From: Gammaproteobacteria bacterium | GTDB taxonomy: Bacteria > Pseudomonadota > Gammaproteobacteria > JBCCGL01 | DNA: 64,000 nt | Direction of reading: 5' to 3' | NCBI GenBank assembly: GCA_965277715.1 | Contig: OZ255836.1 | Span: 1,728,001-1,792,000 of the forward strand | Shown here: positions 12,603-23,292 of the stretch, one piece after another | Layout: each line of letters opens with the position of its first letter | Position numbering within the stretch: position 1 is the first letter of the stretch | The notes under the pieces: generated by a model | The model's input: only the letters and a program-made list of their open reading frames with translations | What the model was told of the DNA's origin: nothing | The model's database searches: none | Made by a program: the position numbers and the translations under genes

Positions 12603-13079
12603 TTAGCGTGCAATCGTGTTGGTGCGTTTGATTTTATTCTGTAGTTGAATAATGCCGTACAACAGCGCCTCGGCAGTCGGCGGGCAACCCGGCACATAAA
12701 TATCCACAGGTACAATGCGGTCACAACCGCGCACTACCGCGTAGGAATAATGGTAGTACCCACCGCCATTGGCGCAGGATCCCATAGAAATCACCCATTT
12801 AGGATCGGCCATTTGGTCATATACCTTGCGTAGCGCCGGTGCCATCTTATTCACCAGCGTACCAGCGACAATCATCACATCAGATTGGCGTGGACTGGGG
12901 CGAAACACAATCCCAAAACGGTCGAGATCGTAGCGTGACGCGCCTGCCTGCATCATCTCCACCGCACAACAGGCGAGACCAAACGTCATAGGCCAAAGCG
13001 AGCCCGTACGCGCCCAATTGATGACTTTATCGGCTGTGGTGGTAACAATACCTTTTTCGAGTATGCCTTCTATTCCCAT
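12603..13079 (-). CDS. nuoB: NADH-quinone oxidoreductase subunit B
   Basis: [17 protein letters not shown] and PGCPPTAE. Start moved to ATG 13079. Confidence 0.98.
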   Translation of the reverse strand: MGIEGILEKGIVTTTADKVINWARTGSLWPMTFGLACCAVEMMQAGASRYDLDRFGIVFRPSPRQSDVMIVAGTLVNKMAPALRKVYDQMADPKWVISMGSCANGGGYYHYSYAVVRGCDRIVPVDIYVPGCPPTAEALLYGIIQLQNKIKRTNTIAR

Positions 13080-13426
13080 TCCAATGCCCCTTTCTTCCAC
13101 GCGTAAACCAGGCCCACCAGCAGTTCGATCAGGAAGATACCCATCGCGATAAAACCACTTAATGCGAGGTTATCCAGGACTATCGCCCAAGGCACGATGA
13201 AAGCAATTTCCAGATCGAAGACAATAAACAAGATAGCGACCAGGTAGTAACGTATATCAAATTTGATGCGTGCATCTTCAAATGCCTCGAAGCCACACTC
13301 GTAGGGGGAGTTTTTTTCCGCATTGGGTTTGCTGGGGGCAATGAGTCGGCCCATACTCAGAGCAACCACACCTACAATGGCCGCAATAAATAGGAAAAAA
13401 AGAATCGGCAAATAGTTTTCTAGCAA
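13070..13426 (-). CDS. nuoA: NADH-quinone oxidoreductase subunit A
   Basis: [16 protein letters not shown] and WKKGALEWE; TTG start with GAGG upstream. Confidence 0.97.
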   Translation of the reverse strand: MLENYLPILFFLFIAAIVGVVALSMGRLIAPSKPNAEKNSPYECGFEAFEDARIKFDIRYYLVAILFIVFDLEIAFIVPWAIVLDNLALSGFIAMGIFLIELLVGLVYAWKKGALEWE

Positions 13427-13579
13427 ATCGTTTGACCTCTTGCCTCTATAAAAGACTGCACAAACTCGTACAGTTGTAGTTCAAAATTGCATTTTGTTCA
13501 AATTATTGAAGAAAATAAAGCACTTTGTTCAACAACTTATACTTTCATATTGTGCTATTTTCGTACTCAAGTTATACGT

Positions 13580-13664
13580 TGGTGCCGACGCCCGGACTCG
13601 AACCGGGACGGCTTTCGCCACTACCCCCTCAAGATAGCGTGTCTACCAATTCCACCACGTCGGC
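13580..13664 (-). tRNA. tRNA-Leu (anticodon GAG)
   Basis: Reverse complement is GCCGACGTGGTGGAATTGGTAGACACGCTATCTTGAGGGGGTAGTGGCGAAAGCCGTCCCGGTTCGAGTCCGGGCGTCGGCACCA: cloverleaf, long variable arm, encoded CCA; usual position after secG. Confidence 0.97.
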
Positions 13665-13691
13665 TTATTTTTGAACCTTAAACAGGGTTGG

Positions 13692-14045
13692 TTACTGATC
13701 TATTTCTGGTACGTCGTCTTCTTGTTCGGGTGCCATTTTCTCAGCTTCTTCCGGGATAACAACACTCTCCTCGGGCACCGGCAGTGTATCCGTCACACTA
13801 CCCAGTTCGCTGCTGCGCTGCGCTGCAAGGTAAAACAGCGTCAAACTCGTTAGAAAGAATAAAACCACCATACCCGTAGTCAACCGCGTCAGAAACGACC
13901 CCGAACCGCGTGAACCAAAAACGGTTGCCGAGGCACCTGAACCAAATGCAGCACCCGCATCGGCCCCTTTGCCGTGCTGAACCAACACCAGGCCAATGAC
14001 GACAACCGCCAGTAACACATGAACGACTAAAATAATCGATTGCAT
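13692..14045 (-). CDS. secG: Preprotein translocase subunit SecG
   Basis: VLVQHGKGADAGAAFGSGASATVFGSRGS motif. Confidence 0.97.
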   Translation of the reverse strand: MQSIILVVHVLLAVVVIGLVLVQHGKGADAGAAFGSGASATVFGSRGSGSFLTRLTTGMVVLFFLTSLTLFYLAAQRSSELGSVTDTLPVPEESVVIPEEAEKMAPEQEDDVPEIDQ

Positions 14046-14114
14046 AAAAATTCTCTGCTTTACCTAAACAGTTAATCGGCAACTAACCTAATCCGCCATT
14101 AATCAGGCAGCGCG

Positions 14115-14867
14115 TTATTGCGCCGCACGGCAAATCGCCACAAAATCATCGCTGTTTAGGGCAGCGCCACCAATCAAACCACCGTCGATATCTTGCATAG
14201 CGAATAACTCACCCGCATTACCCGGCTTTACACTACCACCATATAAAATACGTATCGACTCGGCGATGCCAACATCCAGTTTGGCAATTTTATCACGAAT
14301 AAATTTGTGTACTGACTGCGCCTGTTGTGGGGTGGCCGTTTTCCCGGTTCCGATGGCCCACACAGGCTCATAGGCGATAACCGCCTTACCCAGTGACGCT
14401 ACACCGGCCAAATCGATAACTGCGTCAAGCTGACGGCCTACAATGACTTCAGTTTGCTGGTTTTCACGCGCTTCAAGCGATTCGCCCAGGCAGAGTATTG
14501 GTGTTAAACCCGCACGTTGCACGGCAATATATTTTGCCGCGACCTGCCCGTCGGTTTCAGTATAGATAGCACGGCGCTCAGAGTGTCCCACTATAACGTA
14601 TTCGCAGCCACATTCGGCCAGCATTGGCGCGGAAACTTCGCCTGTAAAAGCACCGGAATCCTGATCACTGGCATTCTGTGCCCCCAGTTTCAATCGGGAG
14701 TCAGCGATACCCGCAAGCACGCTGTGCAAATGCACATATACGGGGCAGACAACAACTTCGACGGCAGACACATCGGTAAGATAAGCAGCAATTTCAGAGA
14801 CCAAAGCAGAAGCACTGGCGATCGAGCCATTCAGCTTCCAGTTACCTGCCACCATTGCTTTTCGCAT
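14115..14867 (-). CDS. tpiA: Triosephosphate isomerase
   Basis: AGNWK, GHSERR, AYEPVWAIGTG, YGGSVK and DGGLIGGA. Start at ATG 14867. Confidence 0.98.
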   Translation of the reverse strand: MRKAMVAGNWKLNGSIASASALVSEIAAYLTDVSAVEVVVCPVYVHLHSVLAGIADSRLKLGAQNASDQDSGAFTGEVSAPMLAECGCEYVIVGHSERRAIYTETDGQVAAKYIAVQRAGLTPILCLGESLEARENQQTEVIVGRQLDAVIDLAGVASLGKAVIAYEPVWAIGTGKTATPQQAQSVHKFIRDKIAKLDVGIAESIRILYGGSVKPGNAGELFAMQDIDGGLIGGAALNSDDFVAICRAAQ

Positions 14868-15130
14868 TACTGAGTTCCGGCGCACAAAAGCGCGGAATAA
14901 TACAGACCTAATCGAGGCAAATCAATCTTTTGCACGATAAAAGTCAATGTCGAAGGGTGCTTCTTGGCAGGAGCATGGCGATGCCTACCTGGCATTGCGT
15001 TTGGGGAGAAACGCAGAATTTACACACCCTTCAATACCCAGCAGCTAAAGAGTGGGGAAGCTCTATCGCTAACAACGAACGGTATCGCCGCAGCTTAACA
15101 AAACGGTTAAAACCCCACTTTCACCCGGCA

Positions 15131-15694
15131 CTAACCATTTCGTGTTTGAAGTGCTTGCATAAACCTGTCACGAATTACCACCGGGTCCATCTGGATCACA
15201 GGTACTTTGATATTTCCCGATTCACATTTGCAGATGATGATGGTCATTTTATCGCTATCCAGCGCCTCCTGAACAGTTTTAGCCGCATCCTCTGGTTGGC
15301 ACTCTTTTACGTTTTCACAACCACACGCGCTCGCTACCGCAGCAAGTGATGTTTTTTTGCCCGCATAGGTAGGCTGATCACCCGTTGAACCATAACTGCC
15401 ATTGTCGATCACTAATAAAATAAAGTTATCAGCAACATTATTGGCAATGGTTGGCAGGGTGCCAAAATTCGTCAACACAGAACCATCACCGTCAATCGAA
15501 ATCACTTTTTGCTTCTGCGCCAATGCCAAACCCAAGCCAATTGACGAGGATAAACCCATCGTTCCCAACATGTAAAAGTTAGTGGCCTGGTCGTCGAGCA
15601 TATGCAGTTCCTGACTCGGTAAACCAATATTGCACACCACAAAATGGTCAGATATCACCGGCACCAGTTGTTTTAATACCTCTGAGCGAATCAT
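15131..15694 (-). CDS. comE: Sulfopyruvate decarboxylase beta subunit (TPP-binding)
   Basis: NFYMLGTMG, DGDGSVL...DNGSYGSTGDQPT TPP motif; paired with an alpha subunit. Confidence 0.85.
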   Translation of the reverse strand: MIRSEVLKQLVPVISDHFVVCNIGLPSQELHMLDDQATNFYMLGTMGLSSSIGLGLALAQKQKVISIDGDGSVLTNFGTLPTIANNVADNFILLVIDNGSYGSTGDQPTYAGKKTSLAAVASACGCENVKECQPEDAAKTVQEALDSDKMTIIICKCESGNIKVPVIQMDPVVIRDRFMQALQTRNG

Positions 15695-15697
15695 AAA

Positions 15698-16201
15698 TTA
15701 GTACCCCTTCCAGAAAGAGGCGTCCGTCAGGATCGCCACGGGTTTATTACACATGAAGGTATAGGCCAGAATCTTATCAAGCTCGTTGATATCGTCTTCA
15801 TGGTGAAAGTGGTAGGTGGGAATATTCAGCTGCGCCAACAGGGCTTTGGTATGAACCGCCATCTCAACCTGACAGGCAACAGGCTCACCTAGCTCACCAC
15901 GGTAGCTGATCAGCATAGGCAGCGGCATCCGGTAGTATTGTGTCAACGTCACGAGCGTGTTGATTGTCACGCCAATCGCCGTATTCTGCATAATAATCGC
16001 GGGGCGTTTACCCCCCATAAAAGCACCGGCACAAAGACCTATGCCTTCATCTTCTTTATTGGAGGGGATATGGTAAATGTCGTCACAGGCATCGATTTTT
16101 TCGATTACTCCTGCTAACTGTTTACAGGGAACGGTCGTTACAAACTCAATGTTGTTCCGAACGAAGTCAGCAACAATTCTGTCATCGATTGACAAGGCCA
16201 T
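15698..16201 (-). CDS. comD: Sulfopyruvate decarboxylase alpha subunit
   Basis: TTVPCKQL, EDEGIGLCAGA, IMQNTAIG and ISYRGELGE...Q, ComD-like. Confidence 0.85.
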   Translation of the reverse strand: MALSIDDRIVADFVRNNIEFVTTVPCKQLAGVIEKIDACDDIYHIPSNKEDEGIGLCAGAFMGGKRPAIIMQNTAIGVTINTLVTLTQYYRMPLPMLISYRGELGEPVACQVEMAVHTKALLAQLNIPTYHFHHEDDINELDKILAYTFMCNKPVAILTDASFWKGY

Positions 16202-16305
16202 TTCACTCTACTGGTTAATATCGGTTCACTATAAATTAAATATTATCTTTACTCAAACAATATGTATTTAATATTTTATAAAGAAAAACTTTATAAAAAC
16301 ACACT

Positions 16306-17196
16306 TCACCCGCCTGACGTTTGTTCTCTGGCAATAATCCGCTCCACCTGTTCGAGCAATTTGTCGATTAAACGTCCCTTTGAACAATCCGAGCGAGCCA
16401 ATAGACCGAGGACTCTAAAACCCGGTGTTGAGGGCAGCCGAATTTTTCGCAATTTTTTAAATATAGGGTCTGGCACACAGCTATTGGGGACGATTGAAAT
16501 ACCTAAATTATGCGACACCATGTTTGTTACAGATTCCAATGATTCCATCTCCATTGCAGTGCGAATAGAAATATTATTTCTCAACAGCCACTCCTGTATC
16601 AACTCACCCACTACCGCCTGACGCTCAAGGCCAATATAAGGCATCTCTTTCAGTAGGCGCACGGGGTCATTTCCGTTTATCTCTGCCGGTGTCAATAGTA
16701 TTAATTCTTCCTCGACAAACGGTCGCCAGGTCAAATTGGCAGCAACCCTTGGCGGTTGGGTTAAAATTGCGGCATCCAGGACACCGCGTTCAACTTGTGT
16801 ATATAAAGCACCGGATAAGCCCGGCACCACACGCACATGTAAGGCCGGGTAGCTATAGACCAATTCTTTAATGGATAAAGGCACCAGTTCCCGAATCGAC
16901 GATGGGACAGCTCCCAGTGTCAGTTCACCAAATAACTGCGCTTCCCCAACAAGATCATCCAGTAACGTGTCATACGAATAAATCAGCTTTTGCGCTTTTG
17001 GCACCAGCGCTTTTGCGAGCTGGTTGAGTTCGGGGCTTCTTTTTGTTCGATCAAATAGCGAAACCTGAAGTACCGCTTCCAGGCGTTTCATCTGTTGCCC
17101 CACAGCGGCGTGTGAGACATTGACAGAATCAGCCGCTGCACCAAAACTGCCCTGCTCGGCAATCGCGACCAACGTTTTTAAAAGTGAAATTGTCAA
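16306..17196 (-). CDS. LysR-family transcriptional regulator
   Basis: N-terminal HTH GSFGAAADSVNVSHAAVGQQMKRLE plus substrate-binding domain; 296 aa. Confidence 0.93.
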   Translation of the reverse strand: MTISLLKTLVAIAEQGSFGAAADSVNVSHAAVGQQMKRLEAVLQVSLFDRTKRSPELNQLAKALVPKAQKLIYSYDTLLDDLVGEAQLFGELTLGAVPSSIRELVPLSIKELVYSYPALHVRVVPGLSGALYTQVERGVLDAAILTQPPRVAANLTWRPFVEEELILLTPAEINGNDPVRLLKEMPYIGLERQAVVGELIQEWLLRNNISIRTAMEMESLESVTNMVSHNLGISIVPNSCVPDPIFKKLRKIRLPSTPGFRVLGLLARSDCSKGRLIDKLLEQVERIIAREQTSGG

Positions 17197-17225
17197 GGAT
17201 ACCCCTCTTCCGCAGTTACGCCTAC

Positions 17226-17386
17226 CAGAAGTCCGCCGGGTTTAGGCGCCCGTAGCGGGGAAAACCGGTTCGAGCCATTTCTTGCGCACGGTGAGGATAA
17301 GTGGTTCTGTTTGACGAAATAGTGCGCAAAAAAGGGCCAGGTCGGCTTTTATGTAGTAGAGCGATCCTGAACCCGACAGGCTACTG
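17226..17386. repeat. ~160-bp imperfect palindromic element (MITE/REP-like)
   Basis: Arms GTCCGCCGGGTTTAGG (17231) and CCTGAACCCGACAGGC (17366) are 12/16 complementary; inner TTGCGCAC/GTGCGCAA inverted repeat. Confidence 0.55.
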
Positions 17387-17438
17387 CCCCCTGTATTAAC
17401 AACCTATACACAACCAAACGCAGGAGCCATAAAACAAT

Positions 17439-18779
17439 TTAACCCGTTACAGCCTCACGTACCGCAGCAGCCACCCGGTTACAAATTTTCTCAACATCAC
17501 TGGCTACCCGCCCTTCCACCATCACCCGGACTAAAGGCTCAGTACCCGACAACCGCAATAAGACACGCCCGGCATCACCCAATTCCCTTTCGGCTTCAAC
17601 CACAGCCTGTCTCACCGCGTCATTCGTATCGAGGTCGATAGACTTTTCCAACGGGACGTTGATCAGTATTTGTGGGTAACGGGTCATACCCGATTTCAGC
17701 TCAAACAAACTGGTGCCTGTCTCACTCATATAAGCGAGTACTTGCAAGGCAGCCACGATGCCATCACCCGTGGTGGTTTTATCCAGGCAAATCAAATGGC
17801 CCGATGCTTCACCGCCCAATACCCAACCACGTTGTTCCATCACTTCATGCACAAACCGATCACCCACGGCAGCACGCGCAAAGTCGATACCCAGGTCACG
17901 CAACGCATGCTCAAGGCCCAGGTTTGACATCATGGTACCCACAACGCCTTTGACCTCGGCACCCGATTCCTGGCGGGATCGGGCGATGATGTAGAGCAAC
18001 TCATCGCCATCGACCACTTCACCGCGGTTGTCGACCATAATCAAACGATCGGCATCGCCATCCAGTGCAACCCCGACATCAGCGCTCTCTAACATCACAT
18101 GCGCACGCAGGTCATCGGGTGATGTCGAACCACACCCCTGGTTAATATTCAACCCATCCGGCTCGGCCCCAACTGAGATAACATCGGCACCCAGCTCGCG
18201 AAATACCCGTTGCGCAACAGCATAAGCGGCACCATTGGCTGCATCGACAACCATTTTCATGCCGTCCAAACGCGCACCAGCGGTAAACGTGCTTTTACAG
18301 TATTCGATATAGCGGCCTCCGGCATCACCAATACGCACAGCACGTCCCAGCTCGGCAGAATCAACCGTATCCATCGGTTTTTTCATCATCTCTTCAATCG
18401 CTGCTTCGGTTTCATCCGGTAATTTTTGCCCCTCACTGCAGAAGAACTTAAGACCGTTATCGCGATAAGAGTTATGCGATGCGCTAATAACAATACCGGC
18501 TGCGGCGCGAAAGGTGCGGGTGAGGTAAGCGACTGCCGGTGTTGGCATCGGCCCCAGCAATTGGCTGTTGACCCCAGCAGATGAAAGCCCAGCTTCCAAT
18601 GCAGACTCAAACAGATACCCGGAAATACGCGTGTCTTTACCAATCAATACCTCCCGGTTACCCTGCGATGCCAGTACTTTACCTACCGCCCAACCCAGCT
18701 TTAGCACAGAACTGGCTGTCATCGGTTCAACGCCGACACGCCCGCGAATACCATCCGTTCCAAAATAGTTTTTACTCAT
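17439..18779 (-). CDS. glmM: Phosphoglucosamine mutase
   Basis: [21 protein letters not shown] and [14 protein letters not shown]; follows folP. Confidence 0.97.
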   Translation of the reverse strand: MSKNYFGTDGIRGRVGVEPMTASSVLKLGWAVGKVLASQGNREVLIGKDTRISGYLFESALEAGLSSAGVNSQLLGPMPTPAVAYLTRTFRAAAGIVISASHNSYRDNGLKFFCSEGQKLPDETEAAIEEMMKKPMDTVDSAELGRAVRIGDAGGRYIEYCKSTFTAGARLDGMKMVVDAANGAAYAVAQRVFRELGADVISVGAEPDGLNINQGCGSTSPDDLRAHVMLESADVGVALDGDADRLIMVDNRGEVVDGDELLYIIARSRQESGAEVKGVVGTMMSNLGLEHALRDLGIDFARAAVGDRFVHEVMEQRGWVLGGEASGHLICLDKTTTGDGIVAALQVLAYMSETGTSLFELKSGMTRYPQILINVPLEKSIDLDTNDAVRQAVVEAERELGDAGRVLLRLSGTEPLVRVMVEGRVASDVEKICNRVAAAVREAVTG

Positions 18780-19633
18780 AGTGTATTAATCCTGGATTCC
18801 GCTGAACCGCTAACGGCACTGACAATTTTCATCGCTTCTACAGTTGCACCCACATCGTGCACCCGAATAATTTTTGCCCCTTTAGTTGCAGCGATAACCG
18901 CTGCCGACAAGCTACCTGCCAACCGCTGGCCCAGTGGTACTTGCAACACTTGTCCAACCATGCTCTTACGTGAAATACCCACCAATATTGGCCTGTCCAG
19001 TGCACTGAATTTATCTAATTGATTGAGTAACTGTAGGTTGTGTGACAGGTTTTTACCAAACCCAAACCCTGGGTCAACCAGTAACTTATCACGCGCAATG
19101 CCTGCCGCGACACAAGCCGTGATTCGCTCGTTGAGAAATGCGATAACATCGACTGTCACATCATCGTAATAGGGGTTATCCTGCATAGTGCCCGGCTCGC
19201 CCTGCATGTGCATCAAACAGACCGGCACACCAAGCGATACCGCCATGTGTAGCGCACCAGGCAGACATAGGGCGCGCACATCGTTAATTATGCCTGCACC
19301 CGATGCCACTGCACCGGCCATAACTGCCGGTTTGCTGGTGTCTATTGAAATCACTACGTCGAATTCTTTACTAATTGCCTCAATAACCGGCGCGACGCGA
19401 TCCAACTCTTCGTCGGCCTCAACCGCCCGCGCACCGGGGCGGGTGGATTCACCGCCGACATCGATGATAGAGGCTCCCTCATCGACCATCACACGCACCT
19501 GTTCAAGTGCGGCCTGTACCGAGAAAAAATGCCCCCCATCAGAAAACGAATCAGGGGTTACATTTAAAACCCCCATAACAACCGGCTCGCTAAGCGAGAG
19601 TGGCTTACCACCGCAATCAAGCCGTTGTTGCAT
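18776..19633 (-). CDS. folP: Dihydropteroate synthase
   Basis: [35 protein letters not shown] and IRVHDV. Confidence 0.98.
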   Translation of the reverse strand: MQQRLDCGGKPLSLSEPVVMGVLNVTPDSFSDGGHFFSVQAALEQVRVMVDEGASIIDVGGESTRPGARAVEADEELDRVAPVIEAISKEFDVVISIDTSKPAVMAGAVASGAGIINDVRALCLPGALHMAVSLGVPVCLMHMQGEPGTMQDNPYYDDVTVDVIAFLNERITACVAAGIARDKLLVDPGFGFGKNLSHNLQLLNQLDKFSALDRPILVGISRKSMVGQVLQVPLGQRLAGSLSAAVIAATKGAKIIRVHDVGATVEAMKIVSAVSGSAESRINTL

Positions 19634-19657
19634 CGCTGGAACCTCTAAAAAACCGAT

Positions 19658-19687
19658 AAAAAAAGCGACAGTGTTGCCACTGTCGCT
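19658..19687 (-). terminator. Intrinsic terminator downstream of ftsH
   Basis: AGCGACAGTG-ttgc-CACTGTCGCT hairpin followed by a T-run on the minus strand. Confidence 0.75.
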
Positions 19688-19711
19688 CTATGCACACCCA
19701 ATACAGGTAAA

Positions 19712-21646
19712 TTAATGCAAGCTGGCAGGGCCACCAATTGAGGATTCTTTATCCGATTTACCCTCGGCTGAAGCTGACGCCTCCACCGGTTTACCTGAGC
19801 CCGGCGTGTCATCATCATACCAGTCCGACGGTGGGCCAGGTTCTTTACCCTCCATAATTGCATCGATCTGGCCTGAATCAATGGTTTCATATTTCATCAA
19901 GGCCTCAGACATCGCGTGTAGTTTACTGAGGTTTTCATCGAGTAAAGTACGCGCCCGTTGATAATTTCTATCGATTAACGAACGGATTTCCTCATCTATG
20001 GATGTAACGGTGGCAGGCGATATCGGTTTTTGTTGTGTGGTTGACCGACCGAGAAATACCTCACCTTCCTCCTTACTGTAAGCCAGTGGCCCCAGTTTTT
20101 CAGATAGGCCCCACTTGGTTACCATATTGTGCGCCAGCTCGGTGGCACGTTCAATGTCATTGGAGGCACCTGTAGTGACCGCCTCGGGTCCAAAAATTAT
20201 TTCCTCCGCCAAACGACCGCCATAGAGCGAGGAAATTTGGCTTTCCAGCCGCTGTTTGCTGTAACTGTACCGGTCTTCCTCTGGTAGAAACATGGTAATA
20301 CCGAGGGCGCGACCACGCGGAATAATCGATACTTTGTAAACAGGATCATGCTCCGGCACCAGGCGCCCCACAATCGCATGCCCAGCTTCGTGGTAGGCGG
20401 TGAGTTTCTTCTCATCTTCACTCATCACCATCGATTTGCGCTCTGCGCCCATCATGATTTTATCTTTGGCGCGCTCAAACTCCTCCATTTGCACAACACG
20501 CTTATCGGCGCGTGCGGCAAACAACGCCGCCTCATTAACCAGATTGGCCAGATCAGCCCCCGAAAAACCCGGTGTTCCCCGTGCAATCAGATCAGGCCGT
20601 ACATTTTCAGCGATAGGCACTTTACCCATATGTACGCGTAAAATTTGCTCACGGCCACGAATATCCGGTAGGGGCACAACAACCTGGCGGTCAAATCTGC
20701 CAGGTCGTAACAAAGCAGGATCAAGCACATCAGGGCGGTTGGTTGCAGCGATAACGATAATGCCTTCATTGCCTTCAAAGCCGTCCATTTCCACTAATAA
20801 CTGATTGAGCGTTTGCTCGCGTTCGTCGTGCCCGCCGCCTAAACCGGCGCCGCGATGACGGCCAACGGCGTCGATTTCATCGATAAAGATAATGCAGGGA
20901 GCATGTTTTTTGGCCTGCTCGAACATATCGCGCACACGTGATGCACCGACCCCAACAAACATTTCGACAAAATCAGAACCGGAAATTGTAAAGAAAGGCA
21001 CTTTTGCCTCACCGGCAATCGCCTTGGCCAGCAATGTTTTACCTGTACCGGGAGACCCTACCATCAGCACGCCACGTGGAATCTTCCCTCCTAGCTTCTG
21101 GAATTTACCGGGGTCACGTAGAAATTCGACCAGTTCAAATACTTCCTCTTTGGCCTCTTCGACTCCGGCAACATCGGCAAATGTCACCTTTACCTGATCC
21201 TCACCCAGCAAGCGCGCTTTACTTTTACCAAACGACATGGCCCCACGACCGCCACCACCGCCCTGCATTTGCCGCATAAAAAATATCCATATACCAATTA
21301 ACAACAAGAACGGAAACCAATTGATCAGTAGCTGTGTCAGCAGGCTGCTCTCCTGTGGTGGATTGGCGCGAATCTCCACATTGGCATCGAGTAGGTCACC
21401 AATCATTGAGCGATTATCCGTCTCCGGACTATAGGTGGTAAAAAATTCTCCCGTGGTGGAGTGCCCCTGAATCTGGCGACCATCAATAGTGACCGAGGCC
21501 ACGCGGCGCTGTTTAACTTCGCTCATAAACTGCGTGTAACTCAGCCCATTGGCAGGCTGTTGCTGACCGCCCAGACTGTTGAAAACGGTCATCAATATAA
21601 CGGCGATCACTGCCCACAACAGGACATTTTTAATTAAATCGTTCAA
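19712..21646 (-). CDS. ftsH: ATP-dependent zinc metalloprotease FtsH
   Basis: Two TM segments, [22 protein letters not shown] and HEAGH. Confidence 0.99.
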   Translation of the reverse strand: MNDLIKNVLLWAVIAVILMTVFNSLGGQQQPANGLSYTQFMSEVKQRRVASVTIDGRQIQGHSTTGEFFTTYSPETDNRSMIGDLLDANVEIRANPPQESSLLTQLLINWFPFLLLIGIWIFFMRQMQGGGGGRGAMSFGKSKARLLGEDQVKVTFADVAGVEEAKEEVFELVEFLRDPGKFQKLGGKIPRGVLMVGSPGTGKTLLAKAIAGEAKVPFFTISGSDFVEMFVGVGASRVRDMFEQAKKHAPCIIFIDEIDAVGRHRGAGLGGGHDEREQTLNQLLVEMDGFEGNEGIIVIAATNRPDVLDPALLRPGRFDRQVVVPLPDIRGREQILRVHMGKVPIAENVRPDLIARGTPGFSGADLANLVNEAALFAARADKRVVQMEEFERAKDKIMMGAERKSMVMSEDEKKLTAYHEAGHAIVGRLVPEHDPVYKVSIIPRGRALGITMFLPEEDRYSYSKQRLESQISSLYGGRLAEEIIFGPEAVTTGASNDIERATELAHNMVTKWGLSEKLGPLAYSKEEGEVFLGRSTTQQKPISPATVTSIDEEIRSLIDRNYQRARTLLDENLSKLHAMSEALMKYETIDSGQIDAIMEGKEPGPPSDWYDDDTPGSGKPVEASASAEGKSDKESSIGGPASLH

Positions 21647-21740
21647 GGTTTACCCCAAAACACAATGAGTGAGAAACGTACAGAATGCATAATTTCATTT
21701 CTATATTAACGGCAGATAAGGCGCGCAAATGCTGACCCTA

Positions 21741-22361
21741 CTATAATTTAATGCCCCTTGCCAGTACATAGACTTCCCGGCTTCGGGGTCTGGATGCTTT
21801 TGGTTTACGGCTAGATACCTTCGAAAAATGCTGTCGCAAAGTGTGCAGGTAATGATCAAACCCCTCCCCCTGAAACATCTTTACCAGCAGTGTGCCGCCG
21901 GGTTTAAGCACTTGTTGAGCCAACTCCAGAACCAATTCTACCAGATAGATTGAGCGCGTTTGGTCGACCACACCCACCCCGCTAATATTGGGGGCCATAT
22001 CTGAAATTACAATGTCGGCCCGCTGTGTCTGCATAGCCGCCAATACCTGCTCAAGTATAACTGATTCAGTGAAATCGCCCTCGATAAAGACCACGCCGGG
22101 TAGCGAATCCATTGGTAATATATCGCAGGCGATAACGATACCTGTATCACCCAGGCGGTGACTGGTGTATTGCGACCACCCACCTGGCGCAGACCCCAGA
22201 TCGACAACCGTCATGCCCGTCTCGAATAGTGCCTCGCGTTCATCCAGTTCCTGTAATTTGTACACAGCACGCGAGCGATAGCCCTCACGCTGCGCTCTGG
22301 CAACGTATTCATCGTCGAAGTGTTCTTTCAGCCAACGGGCGCTGCTTTTACTCTTAGCCAT
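21741..22361 (-). CDS. rlmE: 23S rRNA (U2552-2'-O)-methyltransferase
   Basis: [24 protein letters not shown] and SRPRSREVY. Start at ATG 22361. Confidence 0.97.
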   Translation of the reverse strand: MAKSKSSARWLKEHFDDEYVARAQREGYRSRAVYKLQELDEREALFETGMTVVDLGSAPGGWSQYTSHRLGDTGIVIACDILPMDSLPGVVFIEGDFTESVILEQVLAAMQTQRADIVISDMAPNISGVGVVDQTRSIYLVELVLELAQQVLKPGGTLLVKMFQGEGFDHYLHTLRQHFSKVSSRKPKASRPRSREVYVLARGIKL

Positions 22362-22458
22362 ATTCAGAACCACATGAGAGACCGTTCGGATGTTTCAACA
22401 AACTGATTACAGCTTCGATATAATGCACGCACACCCTCTTCGGTCTTCGGTCACACAC

Positions 22459-22752
22459 GTGAAACTCAGCAAAACGCAACGCAAACACCTCAGCACCCTA
22501 TCTCACTCGCGCAAACCCATCGTCAGGGTCGGCCAGAAAGGCCTCTCCGAGAATATTATTCAGGAGCTGGAAAATGCGTTAAATGTTCACGAACTGGTGA
22601 AAGTTAAAATCACCACAGCTGACCGCGATGCTCGACACGAAATGATCGAGACCTTTCAGCAGCGCTGCGACTGTGAATGCATTCAAAAAATCGGCCACAC
22701 GGCGACGCTGTTCAGGCGCAACAACAAACAGCCAGTGATTGTACTACCCTAG
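22459..22752 (+). CDS. yhbY: CRM-domain ribosome assembly RNA-binding protein
   Basis: KPIVRVGQKGL, HELVKVK and IQKIGH; divergent from rlmE. GTG 22459 chosen as start. Confidence 0.92.
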   Translation: MKLSKTQRKHLSTLSHSRKPIVRVGQKGLSENIIQELENALNVHELVKVKITTADRDARHEMIETFQQRCDCECIQKIGHTATLFRRNNKQPVIVLP

Positions 22753-22815
22753 TGATTGTACTGCCTATGAACCCCGTGTACTCCTGGCCAATAACTTGGC
22801 CCTGGGTAGTGTAGC

Positions 22816-23292
22816 TTACACATAGCTTACCGATAAAATTTCGTACTCCACGACACCGCCGGGGGCCTGCACCTCAGCGACATCACCCTCCTCTTTACCA
22901 ATCAACGCACGCGCAACCGGTGAGTTAACCGAGATAAGCCCCGATTTTATATCGGCTTCATCATCGCCCACTATTTGGTAGCTGACTTCTACCTCGGTAT
23001 CCAGGTTGAGGATAACGACGCTGGCACCAAATACAATTTTACCCTTGGTGTTCAAAGCGGCGACATCGATAACCTGCGCATTCGACAGTTTACCCTCGAT
23101 ATCCTGTATACGCCCTTCGATAAAACCCTGTTGTTCACGCGCCGCGTGGTATTCAGCGTTTTCTTTCAAATCGCCGTGCGCACGCGCCTCGGCAATCGCC
23201 TCGATCACTTTGGGCCGGGCGTCCGTTTTTAGGTGGTGTAATTCCTCGCGCAGTTTTTCCGCACCGCGTAGCGTTAATGGTACTTTGTTCAT
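22816..23292 (-). CDS. greA: Transcription elongation factor GreA
   Basis: [18 protein letters not shown] and [14 protein letters not shown]. Confidence 0.98.
   Translation of the reverse strand: MNKVPLTLRGAEKLREELHHLKTDARPKVIEAIAEARAHGDLKENAEYHAAREQQGFIEGRIQDIEGKLSNAQVIDVAALNTKGKIVFGASVVILNLDTEVEVSYQIVGDDEADIKSGLISVNSPVARALIGKEEGDVAEVQAPGGVVEYEILSVSYV

Noticed and set aside
13580-13664. tRNA-Leu as an island integration site
   Set aside because: nuoA follows directly; I saw no integrase or duplicated tRNA 3' end.
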